A stretch of DNA of 64,000 nucleotides, taken from assembly GCF_006345805.1 (NCBI RefSeq), contig NC_043006.1, positions 54,932,001 through 54,996,000 of the forward strand, read 5' to 3'. The DNA is from Octopus sinensis (Eukaryota). The notes below the pieces were generated by a model that saw only the letters and a program-made list of their open reading frames with translations, did not search any database and was not told where the DNA came from. Made by a program: the position numbers and the translations under genes. Shown one piece after another: positions 51,497 to 63,870 of this stretch (positions within the stretch are counted from its first letter, which is position 1; every line of letters begins with the position of its first letter).

Positions 51497-54305
51497 AAAC
51501 GAAGGGTCAAATTTCTTGTCATAAAACAAAAACAATTCACGAAGCGAATTAGTTCGGAGAAACTGCAAAATAAAAAAAAAAAAAAAAAAAAAGATTCTTG
51601 TATAAAAAAACTGAAGAGATACACAAGAATTTACAAGGTGACCCTAAAACTTCATTTAAAATTCTAAAATATGACTGGAATTAAATATCAAGCGAGTCCT
51701 ACAAGACTTTGAAGAATGTCAATGTGTGTGTGTGTTTACAACACTACGTAGCCTTGAGATTGAATGATGAAACGGAAGCAAAGAAGGGAATTGAAGGGGA
51801 GAAGGAGAGAGAGAGAGAGAGATGCTGTTAAGTTTCACACATGTTTGGCCCAACCCAAAGAGTGATTTGAAATAACTGAACGAGGAAAAGAACCAACGAA
51901 AATGCAGCAAACAGCTGAAGTGTATTTCCAGCTGACAAGCGAGAACAATCAGAACCGTTAATCAATTTCGGTACCATTACTGCACAGTTCTTAAATGAAA
52001 CATCTTATAATCTATATTGCTTATTCACTACAGTGACAGAATTAAGGCGTATTTGTACGATTACTGTTTAGCCTCAAGTTAGGCCTGATAGAGCAATAGA
52101 CCTGTGATCAAAAGCATTCCAGCCATAACCAACCAGTCTTATTTTCAGACACAGATAAGGCATTTAGGACCACCTCACCTTCTGCAATATGCCTTTCCTT
52201 CCTTCACAGAAAAAAAAAAAAAAAAAGCAAGTTGTTATTTCGAAGGACATACGACTGTTATTTCTAGCAAGTCGAGCGACTCTTACTTGTAGGATTGGTA
52301 TGTGTACACACACATACACGCGAATGGTGAAGGGAACGAGAACAAAAACAGCAAGGGGACCTACTATGTTTTGTGGAAAGAGTGACGAATATATACAGCC
52401 TTGTCACATGAAATTGTATCTTGCCAGAGACCACCCTCAGATAAACTTCATGTAAGACACGCTCTATAAAATACTTACACAATTATACGTACACTTCGCC
52501 CAACTTGTCCTCAGACAATTGCCAAACTGTATATAGAACTATGGAAATCTATCTATCTGTCTAGTGTAGTGTTACTAAGTCAAAATTATATTTCGAATCC
52601 CGCTGATGTAGACTTTGCCTTTCATCCTTTTGAGGTCGATAAAATTAGTCGTAGTCAATATGATCGACTACATACGACTCTCCCTCCACGTTAACAATAA
52701 ATAAATAAAATAAAACTGAGGTTTGTGCTTATGTTAGAAATTTAGATTATGCTTGTTAAACATTATAAAAACGTACACATTTTTTTCTTACTCAGAAGAG
52801 CCCATGACAACCTGGTGAGAAGAAAATATCCTCTAATCGGAGACACGACCCGAATACCTGCAACAGAATGAACTCTGCTAAAAAATACTCAAGGTGGTAA
52901 CTGGGGGTAAACTGTGACGGATTAAGTTTACCACTCGAACAGACGATGGCCGGATTTGAACTCAGAATGCAAGGATCCACAACAGAAACCTCAAGACAAT
53001 CCGATCCGACGTTCCTGATTCGTAAAATCTTTTTTAACGACGCCGAAAAGATGAAAGACGATGTTGACCTCAATGGGATTTGAACTCAGAACGCAAGGAG
53101 TCGGAACAAAATACAGCGAGGCATTCTATCCGACTCTGCCAATTCTGACTAGGCATAAACGACAGCTTTCTAATGAGTGGGTGTATAATCAATAGATTCG
53201 ATCTCGTATAACTGGTTTTTCTCTGCATGGACCCTAAGTAAGATTTGAACTCAAACGTGTATTAATGGAAAAAAAAAGAAAACTACGTGGAAGTAGTAAC
53301 ACAGGCAATGAAAGATACGATCAGAGAGACCTGTCGAGTACAGGACAGCCTTTCCATCTCTGATGACACATTCCAAAGAACTTGACTGAAACACATCTAC
53401 GCAGAATCATTGAGAGTCCTGTACATAGTTTCACCGTTAACAAACATCTATAAAATTAAATACTTAACATGACATGTATTTTTAATAGAACTTTCTCTCC
53501 ATCTCTCCTTTCAGTCTTTATAATTTCACATAAATCTCGTCTCTTGTCAGTAAAAAATTTCCCGATATGATACCAGTAGTAAACAATTTAGCTTATTATA
53601 ATGATGCGTCAGACTTGATCAAAAGCATTCTTGTTGTGACCATCCCATCTTTCTTCAAACATAGTATATCTAAGACTTCATTAAGTATTTTTAATAAGGT
53701 CTGGTGTGATTTGAAAGATATTTGACTACTCTTCGTAGCGGGTCGGAAGAACATAAGACTCCCTCATTTTAGCTTGTTAAATGCGTTTATATAGTTTATT
53801 TAAAGGTTGGATTCGTTGTCTAGTTATAACATAACCAGAGTTCTGATATAAAACACATATAGTGTTTATTGTGATGTAGTTATAAAAGTATGATGACAGA
53901 GGGAAATTACCTATCAGGAAAACATAGTACAACAATTTCATTGATGTCAAAGAAGAAACTCCCGAAAACCAGCTCAAAATTTTATAATAGTTGGTGGTTC
54001 ACGAACATACCATTACATTTTGTCTAGTCGTGAGATATGAAGCGTCGAAAAAAATTGAATTTGTCAGTAAACAAATCAAATTTTAAATGATATTTCACAA
54101 TAGTGACTATGTTGTATAGATATATGCGATCAAAGCATTAAAATGAAGTTTGAATAGTTTAATAAACGTAAAACAAGCTCCCTTGCGCACACAGAGACTG
54201 TGTATGTGTGTGTGTTAGTCCATTAATGCAAGTATATGTATGACTTATCTGTGTAGAGATGACATGGGACAGAGACGAGAAAACATTGCAACATGGAATA
54301 CTTAC

Positions 54306-54431
54306 TTCTTCTCTACGCTTCTGCCACCTCCCGCAAGGACTTTCTTCGAGAACTTCACTTAAATCATCTGATTCATCACCACTGTCCGTTTTTAAATCCG
54401 GTCGATTTTCTGCCTCAGTCTCAGCCATCAT
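54306..54431 (-). CDS. NRBP1: NRBP coding exon 1 (ATG at 54431 or, with better Kozak context, 54428)
   Basis: Acidic N-terminus then [14 protein letters not shown]; donor GAA|gtaagt at 54305; phase 0. Confidence 0.95.
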
Positions 54432-55074
54432 CAACAAAACACGGACTCCACCACCACTATCACTACCAAAACAGAGAATTGGTAGTTGATTGCCGGCACA
54501 CTCTCAATAAATTCAATTTCCAGTCAATGAAAAAAGCAATTGTAAATTCAATAAATATAAGTTGATATATCAAGAAGTCAAATCAAAAGTTGTTTGAAAG
54601 AAGAACAAGGTTGTGTTAAGTCCACCAAGCCATCCGAGAGAAAAAAAGAAAACGTCGTTATTCTCACTTTTTAACGTCTCGGGCACTGCGTCACCTAAAG
54701 GGAGACAATCGCGTCTGGTCGAATGATACAACGACCAATTTTGTCTGTGATTGGTAGAAAATTATGGCTCGTCTAACAGAGGAAAAATTTGTCAATTATC
54801 AATTAAAAATTATTTTGAAAATAATTTTAAGAAATAATACACGAACATATTAAATTTCCAAGTAGTATTTCTTTGATATATATTTTTTAATTTTTCAATT
54901 TTTTTTTGAAAGCTAAAAAAATCAAAATTGTGCAAATTCATCTTCAGCTCGTAGAAAGGTCACGTGACAATTAACTCTAAACCGCGAAATAGAATGCACG
55001 TGTGGAGACTATCGTGGCCCCGTTCTGTAATTATTCATTTCAATTAACACATCAACTCGAAACTCAGCGTCAGC
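54432..55074. promoter_or_regulatory. Putative bidirectional promoter and 5' UTRs between divergent NRBP and PPM1G
   Basis: 643 bp between opposite start codons, no recognisable repeat, CpG retained (8 CpG counted in 54961-55080). TSS positions not determined. Confidence 0.75.
54959..54968. promoter_or_regulatory. Palindromic E-box GTCACGTGAC (USF/MiT-TFE CLEAR-type); second CACGTG at 54997-55002
   Basis: Exact 10-bp palindrome in the intergenic segment; binding is inferred only. Confidence 0.45.
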
Positions 55075-55185
55075 ATGGGTGTTTATCTATCATCACCGAT
55101 CACTGAGAAGCATTCAAGTGACGGTCAAGGCAAGAATTTCACGTATGGAGCATCATCGATGCAAGGCTGGAGATTAACTCAAGAG
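55075..55185 (+). CDS. PPM1G: PP2C-gamma / PPM1G coding exon 1 (111 nt)
   Basis: cagcATGG start; MGVYLSSPITEKHSSDGQGKNFTYGASSMQGWRLTQE with PP2C SMQGWR motif; donor GAG|gtagac. Confidence 0.93.
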
Positions 55186-56937
55186 GTAGACTTCTTCATT
55201 TCACCTCCTCCTCCCTTAACCTGTTTACAAGAGATTTTTTTCCTCTTCTATTTTAATTATTATCACTAACTTTTATATATATTATTTTACCTTGAACTTC
55301 TAAATATTTGCTTCTTATTTCACATTATTATATTTTTTTGAGATATTTTTTAAAAAGTTATTTTTAACGAATCAATTTGAAAATGTAACCTTTCTTTCAC
55401 AAATTCTGGCGCCTTGGTGCCTTTATTACTATATAAAGGGGCAATAAGACAGATATATGAAAATCTGAAATTTGTTCAAGTTTCGACTGGATATCGTGAA
55501 CATTGATTGCTCTTACACGTAAATGATTTCACTCTCATAATTAAATATTAAACATTTGCGTACTTGATCTGTTGGTCCTAATAAATATGAAACTATATAT
55601 ATATAGTTAGATATTTATTAGGGATCACTCTTCTTAAATAGTACCATATATATATATAATGTATATGTATGTACATGCAAACACACCGATTATCTAATTC
55701 TAGTTGGACTTCCAGGTTCAGTCCGATATTTTAAACGTAATTTCCGTCTCTGGTGACAAATAAATAAATAAATAAAAATCGATGATTATTTTCCTGTTAA
55801 GAGAGTTAGCAAGAGTCTGTTTTTCATTATAAGTACTTGTATTTCATATTTTTAAAATTTTATCATTTTGAAAGTCAAGCAAAAAAAGGCAATCATTAAA
55901 ATTTTTGCTTTCAAACTTTTACATATAATCTATCTTCTATATATTTTAGGCTATCCTGTAGTTTAGCGTCTGAAATAAAAATTATTTCAAAATGGAAAAT
56001 ACCAACTCGTCTTACCAACAAGGAACTCTCGGCATGGTCAAACGATATGCTAGAAATAGAGAGAATAGTGGTCTGTTGCTTAGCTCTTAGTCAGCCTCTA
56101 TCATCCCGTAAACTTCTATGATCAGTAGTATTTCAGTAATATGAAATATTTCTTGCAGACCTGGTGACTACGTATAGTATTCATCCTTAGTTAGGGATGA
56201 CTGTCGTTGTTATTGTTTAGCCTCATATCAGCTATGATCCAGCAGATTTATAATATAAGGCACTCTAACCATGACTATCCTATCTTTATTTTTCAGGTCA
56301 TATTGAAAATGGTTTTTTTTTTATATTTCTATGGGTTACTTTAGCAACAGAATGTATGCATTAACGAGGAGCATAGCTGCTATTTCTAGCATGTTGGGCT
56401 ACATCAATAAGTACACCTGAATGAAGCTGTCTCTTGTTATTAACAGCATTTAATATTAATATTTTATTTGTACTTATTTTCTTTTTGTTCTTTTGTATAC
56501 ATCGTATTCATTTTAATATCTAACTAGTGAACTTTGACAAGAGACAATGCATTTGTAAAGCAAATATTTAGATTATCTACAGCTAAACCACCCTTCATCG
56601 AGTGTATTGGTTAACTGTTATTTTCTTTCTAGCCCCGTATCTTAATTTATCTAGCCGATATTCCTTCCTATGTCGTCATAGGTCCCCGTCCTTCTCTAGT
56701 AACTTTAATAGTGCAACCATTCAAACTCAGTGCTCTGAACTGGTGCCGAAAAAGCGCGCCATTTGTACACACAAGTTTGGTCTCAGCTCTCTCTTTTCAG
56801 CTTCCCGTTGGTCAAAGGCAAAATATCTGGAAATGTTTCAACCTCTAGACATCAATTTATCCTCTTTCTGACTAATTAATTTCTGCGCTTTAGCTCAATA
56901 TTTTGAGCTGTTATATTTAAGACTTCATATTAAAAAG

Positions 56938-56985
<48 letters not shown>

Positions 56986-58929
56986 TCCTGTAAAAATTGT
57001 TCTTGCATTTAGTATATAACCTCTAATTTTTGTATTGATCACGATGGATCGCTCGTGAATTTCTTCCTTAATGTGTTCATTTTAATTTATCAGTAAATTA
57101 AAAAAAAAATTCAGTTAAAATTTTGTGCATTATCCTAATCATGCCTTGTTAATTATTCGTTTTGTTTAATTGGAAATAAAAATGCTAAGATTTATGGAGC
57201 CCCTTGAGTTACATCGATGTATACGAGTGCCAGAACTTCTTGTTGCACGTATAGATATTCCTCGATTGAAGGTTATTCCTATTTAGGTAACATCTGAAAT
57301 TCATTTCAGTTGGACATGTCAATTTCTAAGAATCGATTGTTCCGTCCGAAGTGTAGGTTTTCCCTCCTTTTCGAATTTCATTGATTTCATAGGGCATTGC
57401 CAAATAGTGGCCATGTATGGATCCGGGGAACTAGCTCGAAGTAGTCGGTGAAAAATTGATTATAGCCATCTCGTTCTTCTCTGTTAGAAATCACATTATT
57501 ATTATTATATTATCAAATTGCCCCTCTAATGGTGTGTGATGTAATTCACACAGTAATCTGTTTGATTAATTTCCCATTCCAGTAATGCCTTATCGATTGT
57601 TTATAATGAAACTTGAGTTGGTTGTGGTCGATTATTTACGAATAAGCAATGTGTGTTTACATATAACGTAAATTGTCGTTGACTGACCAGGTCTTGATTT
57701 TTATTTACATTTAAAGTATGATTTCATAATTCGATTTAAACTGCGTATCCTTCTCAATCATTAATGAAGCTTTTATTTACCATTACACGTTTAATATAAT
57801 GAACTTTTAAAAATCTCTAATGGCATCATTGCTATGAAAGTGATAATAAAATTTGAAGAAAAATCCCGAAAAATCTTAACTCTGTAAGTGATTTCCCAGA
57901 AGACCATTCATTTTAAAGGTACAACTGCTGTGCGTTTGATAAGCTTTCTGTTTATCTTGGTTTTGTAATATTGATCAAGATATGTACTAAGAAACTAGTC
58001 TCATTTGTTCACTTACCCAACTTTTGGCATAACTCTATGACTTAAATAGCCATTTTTTCTGTGCCGTCATGGTTTTGACTTCATCCAGTCAACCACATAA
58101 GTTGTATATGGTACTAGAAACGAATGTTAATTTCAGTTTGCAACCACTATTTACTGCGCATATGGTTAAATTTGAAATATTGCCGACCTTTTTGTTAAGT
58201 CAACTTCAAGGGACAATAGTTGTAAGCTCTCTCTAATGGATTGCTTTAGTTTCTGGCTGGACAAGAACAATGTGCTCTACATAGTGAAGTGGTTAGTGCA
58301 TTCAACCATAAAAAAAAAAAACCCGCACAAATACAAGGCTCATCTTACTACGAAAAATAGTCAAAATTGTAATTCTAGGTCGTGCTTAATTATAAACAAA
58401 CTTACGTTTTCTTATTTTTCTATTCGTGTTGACAATTTGTATATAAATCTACTATTCATTTTGTAATTCCTTCCTAATATGCTCGTAACACAAATGTTAT
58501 AGACTTCCTTTTCTGGCATACTAGCTAAACAGGCATAAGATATTGGATTGTTGTTTTTCAGAGTTACCAATTAGGTGACGCATGAGTTACAATTAAATGG
58601 GATCTGTAAGTACTTTCAGATTAGATAATTCTGATCTGAGTCCATATTACCATGGTACTAGTAAACCGGGACCAGTCTACGATACTAGTATCATGTTATA
58701 ATTGCAAAGGAAGTAGGTTTTTAAACTAAAATTTGGTGTGGTAATTTAACTTCCAAGTTATATTTATGGAAGTTGGGTGAAGAGAGATATTTTTAGTTTA
58801 TAACTAGTGATAGATCTCCAAGTTATAGTTATTGTAAGCATGCTAGAATTCACGAAGAATTTAGTATACTTATAGGCATTCCCCTGTATTCTGTTCTTAG
58901 TCCCTTTCTATTCATTATAGTTCTCAAGG

Positions 58930-59760
58930 CAATAATGATTAGATGAACTTTTACAGAATCTTTTGAAGAGTTGCAGAAAAAAGTGCCAAACATGGAGGAG
59001 TGGTTTTGAGTCCAAATACCTCAAGCTCAGCAGAGTAAAGACTGGCATACTAATTAGTAGCAAAAGAAAACTTCCTGTTCCTTCGTGGAAGTGACTTCAA
59101 TAAGTAGGGCGAAAGAGAGTAGGTAGTAACTTCATAAGATGTTGTAAAAGATGCAATGTTATATCCAGCAGGTTGATACAACCAACTAGTACTTTAGATA
59201 TTATAGGAACTACTCAGGTTGTTTGCTGTTAATTAAATAATTTTTGCTGAGAGTGGGTTATAGTAAAAATAAAGTAGAGGTATGGTAGGGAAAAAAGGCT
59301 TAAGGATTGTTGGCAACTAATAGTTCTTTTATTATTTTTCGCCTGGTTTCTACAGTTTGATGCCCTTCTTAATGCCACCTTTTCATGGTGTTCTAAGCTC
59401 ATTTATTGTGATAGCAAGTGTAAGGTTGGTTTCTGTCTCATAAGATGAAAGATTCCTCATTACTTTGAGCTGTCTGTTCACTCGTAGTAACATTAGGTGA
59501 ATAGCAGATAGTGGTGACAGAGGAAACACAAGTAATGAGGTGAGATTGTTCTATTGGGCAGTTTTGTAACTACATGTGAAGTTAAAAGTGTGTCTAGACA
59601 AAGAAAGTGTCATTTGATGCCTGTAGGAGGATTAATTATAGTGGTCTGAGATTGTGAATTATTGTGATGAAAGGTGATGTTGTGTCTTAATGGTGATCAT
59701 TACAGGCCTTGGGATGTTGGGCTTCACAGATGAAATTATGCAGTATAAGTGTCAAAACCT
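58930..59760 (+). mobile_element. Highly decayed RTE LINE fragment with small SINE piece inside
   Basis: ELQKKVPNMEEW..SKYLKLSRVKTGILISSK and downstream tail similarity to the same family. Confidence 0.45.
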
Positions 59761-60569
59761 GTTTAATATATGCCAATAGAGAAAAATAAATTTTTAAATA
59801 ATAATAATAGTTTTGACATTATGTCTTGGTGTCAAAATAAAAAAAAGAAGACATTTTCCTTGACTATAATATGCTTTGGCTGTTTTTTAAATTACCTCTT
59901 CTGGTTTTTTACCTTTTATTTTCTGTTTCTTTTTGCAAACTTTAGTCATTTACATAGTTGTTAATATGATCACTTTGTTGTTTTTTACTGTGGACAATTT
60001 CAATTCATATCTTTCCTTATATTTCATTTTCTTTTGTTTAATTTGATGCTCTATTGATTTAAAATTTTGAAGGAAAATTCACCTATAAAATGCTAATCAT
60101 CTTAGATTGTCTGAATTTAATATGATGGTAAATAGCTTAGTGCTAGTATAATCATTTATCTTACTCCCCCCCCCCATCATTCAAATTGTGTGGAATTAAA
60201 GCTGGAAATAATCAAAAAAGCATCATTACTTGACAGTCATGTGTGACCAATATTTACAGAAATATCTGATGTGTTCTTTGGTCAAACCAGTTTCGAAGAC
60301 TAATTAAAAACAAAAATTAGCAAGTATTGTCCTGTCTGTCTCCTTGTCGGTGATATGATGTTGATAAATGTGTAATTTGCAGATCAATTCAGCTAACCTG
60401 TTTGGTAAGACAAAGCAGGTTGAACTGGCATGAAAATTATGTTGCCTTGATCATTGATTAAATGAAATGTTTTATCCTTATTACAATAAGATGATGATAT
60501 CATGTCCCAGAAAATTTAAGATATATTAACTTGAAGCTGTTATTAATGACCTGATTTATTTGTATTTAG

Positions 60570-60645
60570 GATGCACACAATTGCTTGGCAGATTTTGATG
60601 AAGAAACCGGCACAGCTATGTTGGCAGTTTATGATGGCCATGGAG
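60570..60645 (+). CDS. PPM1G: PPM1G coding exon 2 (76 nt)
   Basis: gtatttag|GAT...GGA G|gtataa; DAHNCLADFDEETGTAMLAVYDGHGG with metal-binding (E)DAH and DGHGG motifs. Confidence 0.94.
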
Positions 60646-62429
60646 GTATAAATATTTTATAGTATCATTTGGTTGAGTATGCAAAAGTGTTTTTATATGA
60701 GAACATCTCGCTTCAGTCCCAATACATTTCCCCTTCTGAACTTACCTCTAGCCCATTCCTCACCTCATTCTAGATGCCAAGGATAACAACTTCAAGAGAT
60801 CCGCTATATGAACGCTCACCTGTTAAAGATAACAGCCAAAATTCCCTCATCACACCCCACTGATCTTAAAAGGGAGGGGGGGAAATCACATTGGGTAATG
60901 TGAGATTGGATAATCATGTCTGCTTAAATCAGAGTTGGCTAAACAACAACTTTCTACCTAAGATTATGAAATTTAATAAAGAACCCCTTTCTCTTCTTAT
61001 TAAAGCTATAGTACAAGAATTCAAGACTGGTTGCGTCTGGAAACATTTTCATATGTAAGTAGAAACCATAGTAATGATAGAAGAGCCCAACAGAAGAAGC
61101 AGTGCAAACAATTCCAGTTTTCAAATTTTTAGAGTGATGATGTATTGAACATGGCATTTGCAAGCAACTAATACATAATATGCCCTTAGGCAAATTTTCT
61201 ATAAGTGTAACATCGTAATCCTTGAAAGAACATTGTAATTCACACAGCTTTTCAAAAAATTGCTGATCAGGTCAGAGAATCTCCTGCATTCAAAATTAGA
61301 ATGTGAGGCTTTCGATAAGAATTTCTCTGTAGTCTGTTGAAGGAGTTTGAGGAATTACCAAACCTGAGAGGGCAAAAATAATAGCACAAAATTCTTGAAG
61401 CCTTCTGGGCTTGTTGTGTAAGGAGGAGAGACATTTAATAATAGATTCCCTAATAAGGGAACCTTTACATCATTGTGCAACCAACTAGAAATCACACCTT
61501 GTCATCATCTCATTATCATTTAATGACAACTTTCCATGCAAGTATTAGTTAGATGGGTTGACATGGTCTGGAATTGGTTCTTGTTTGGTGTTACTGGCCA
61601 CCTTGTGTATGGCCAGGACAGTCATGCCTCTTCTTTTTTATTTAGCATGGCTTCTACAGTTTGATGGTCTTCCTAACACTTTGCAGGTTGTATTGGTTGC
61701 ATGTTTTGTGGCACCAGCACCAGAGAGGTTGCCATGTCTTTGACAAGACTAAAAGATCTCTCAGGACCCAAAATGCCTCCATAAATCCACTAACCACTGT
61801 AGAGTGTACTAGGTACATCTTTCATGGAACCTGCTTTAGAAAGGGTATGTCTCTGCTAAGCTAAGGGTTCTCTTGACTCCATCGTCCCTCCATTCATCCA
61901 ACACTTCACATAATATACTGGACGCATCTTATTGTATCATCAATACTTGTCAGGTTGCTTTGTTTCAGGATTCCCTACTCTACATTGTCTTGGTTCATTC
62001 AGAGCTAACATGACCATTTGAATGTGCAGAAGAGAGGGCAGTTGCAGAGGATGGACCAAGAAGGTACTGAAGGAGTCATGAGTAATAATGGAAGTGTATA
62101 AAGATAGGAATGGCATAGGATAAATAAAAGGCTGCTACAAGTTTGTAGGTAAAAGCAAGGGTAAGTGGTGGGTAGCTATATGAATGGTCAGTGAGAGGGA
62201 GAATATAATAGCTTTTATTATCCTTACTAATCTGATCTGAGGAAGAGGAATGATATCCAGTAATATAGAAAGTGGACATTAAATGATGTTGATGAGTTCT
62301 TGATATATCATTGTTGTGTTTGTGTACAATATATAGTATATATTAGTTGTATATTGTACATTCAGTTACCCCACTTCCTTGTCATGGTGTATATTGTGTG
62401 TTCTTCAGGGTGGTGGTTCTTAATTACTT

Positions 62430-63110
62430 CCATCTTGTTTTCCCTTTTGTTACCTTCTTTCAGGCATTGCTGAATTATTCAACACCATGATACCATATTT
62501 TTCATTGTTTCTCTGTCTCTTCTTTCCTCTTGTAGTTGTTCATCTCAATGCTGTCTCTACCTTCCTGATGGTCTGGCTGCCACCAGATGGGACCAAACTA
62601 GTTGTATTTTTTCAATCTGTTATTGTGTCTTGGGGATTTTGTGCTGATACTCTTCTTATGAATTGTTTCTAAGATTATGGTATGAAATTCTCAGGATTTT
62701 TCTTGAACATCTTTGGTGGAAAACATCTGTTTTAATTTTTCTCAGTTGCCTTCCATGTTTCATTTGCATATAGTGCCATTAATAATACAATGGTATTAAT
62801 GTTGATGTTCAGTGTATTCACAAACATAATACAGTCATTTTGTTTAAACAGTATGGGCAGATTTGGCTGCTGTTTCTGGCATGTTGAGTGTCTACATGCA
62901 AGTTCCTTCACTACTCCACAATTGACATTACTGGTCAATTTTGTTTGAGTAGATTTAATTATATAATTTGCATGTGTTAATATTAGCTTATTAGTCATGG
63001 GCAAACTATGTCCCTTGGGAATTTCTGAATGGTATGCCAGTGAAAAATTACCTTGAATTTTTTTTAATAGTGTAGCTTGCCTGATTATAAGCCATCTCTC
63101 ATGCAACCCA
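62430..63110 (-). mobile_element. RTE-clade LINE 3' remnant (explains ORF 62732-63106)
   Basis: NTIVLLMALYANETWKATEK followed by DVFHQRCSRKILRISY. Confidence 0.65.
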
Positions 63111-63216
63111 CTTTCCCAAAAAGGTTGCCCGGTTTATTAAATGCTTATATGCAGAAGATGAAATCATTACTCAATATTGCCAGTTGTATTAAAATAGTAT
63201 TTTATTTTCCATCTAG

Positions 63217-63393
63217 GTTCTGAGGTGGCTGAGTATTGTGCTTTACACCTTCCTGATTATATAAAAAGTTTGCAGAGTTATAAAGACAACAATTTAAATT
63301 TAGCTCTGAAAGAAGCATTCCTTGGGTTTGATGCTACTTTAGTTACACCAGAAGTTGTCAAAGAGCTGAAAGCACTTGTTAATCTTGATAAAG
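63217..63393 (+). CDS. PPM1G: PPM1G coding exon 3 (177 nt); gene continues beyond window
   Basis: ccatctag|GT TCT GAG GTG...AAA G|gtaagt; SEVAEYCALHLPDYIKSLQSYKDNNLNLALKEAFLGFDATLVTPEVVKELKALVNLDK. MGxYLS, DAHNC and EVxKEL favour PPM1G over PPM1A/B. Confidence 0.92.
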
Positions 63394-63870
63394 GTAAGTA
63401 CAAGGTTTTTTTTTATATATACCTTTTACTTGTTTCAGTCATTGCTGCTGCACCATCTGGAAGGGTTTAGTGAAACTAATCAACCCCAGTACTTGTATTT
63501 TTAAAGCATGGTACTTATTCTATCAGTCTCTTGCCTAACTTCTATATTGTGGGGCACAAACAAACCAACACCAGTAGTCAAGGAGAGGACAAATACACAC
63601 ACACACATATATATTGGTCCAGCTTTGCCTTTCAAATCTTAAACAGCTCATTGTATATAAAAACATACACACTGGGATTCATGGTATAAAAGTTCAGGCT
63701 TCTGCACAATTTCTGGCTACCAAATTCATTCACAAGGCATTGGTTGGTTCAGGGCTATAACATAGGAAACTTGCCCAAGGTGCTACATAGTGAAATTAAA
63801 CCATGTGGTTACAAAGTGGCTTTCTTAACCACACAACCATACTTATTTAATTTTTTTAATTTCTTGAGTA

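Larger units (their letters stand above)
8548..54431 (-). other. NRBP1: NRBP1/MADM-family pseudokinase gene, span of in-window coding exons; 3' part lies left of position 1
   Basis: Spliced exons give [191 protein letters not shown], closely matching NRBP1 as I recall it. Introns 16240, 8598, 1211, 16612, 2646 bp. Next exon (VAPD...) not found in 1-8547. Confidence 0.96.

Noticed and set aside
54435-54437. TTG start used by the ORF track for NRBP
   Set aside because: In-frame ATGs follow at 54431 and 54428; many other track ORFs also start at TTG/GTG, which is not meaningful for a eukaryote.
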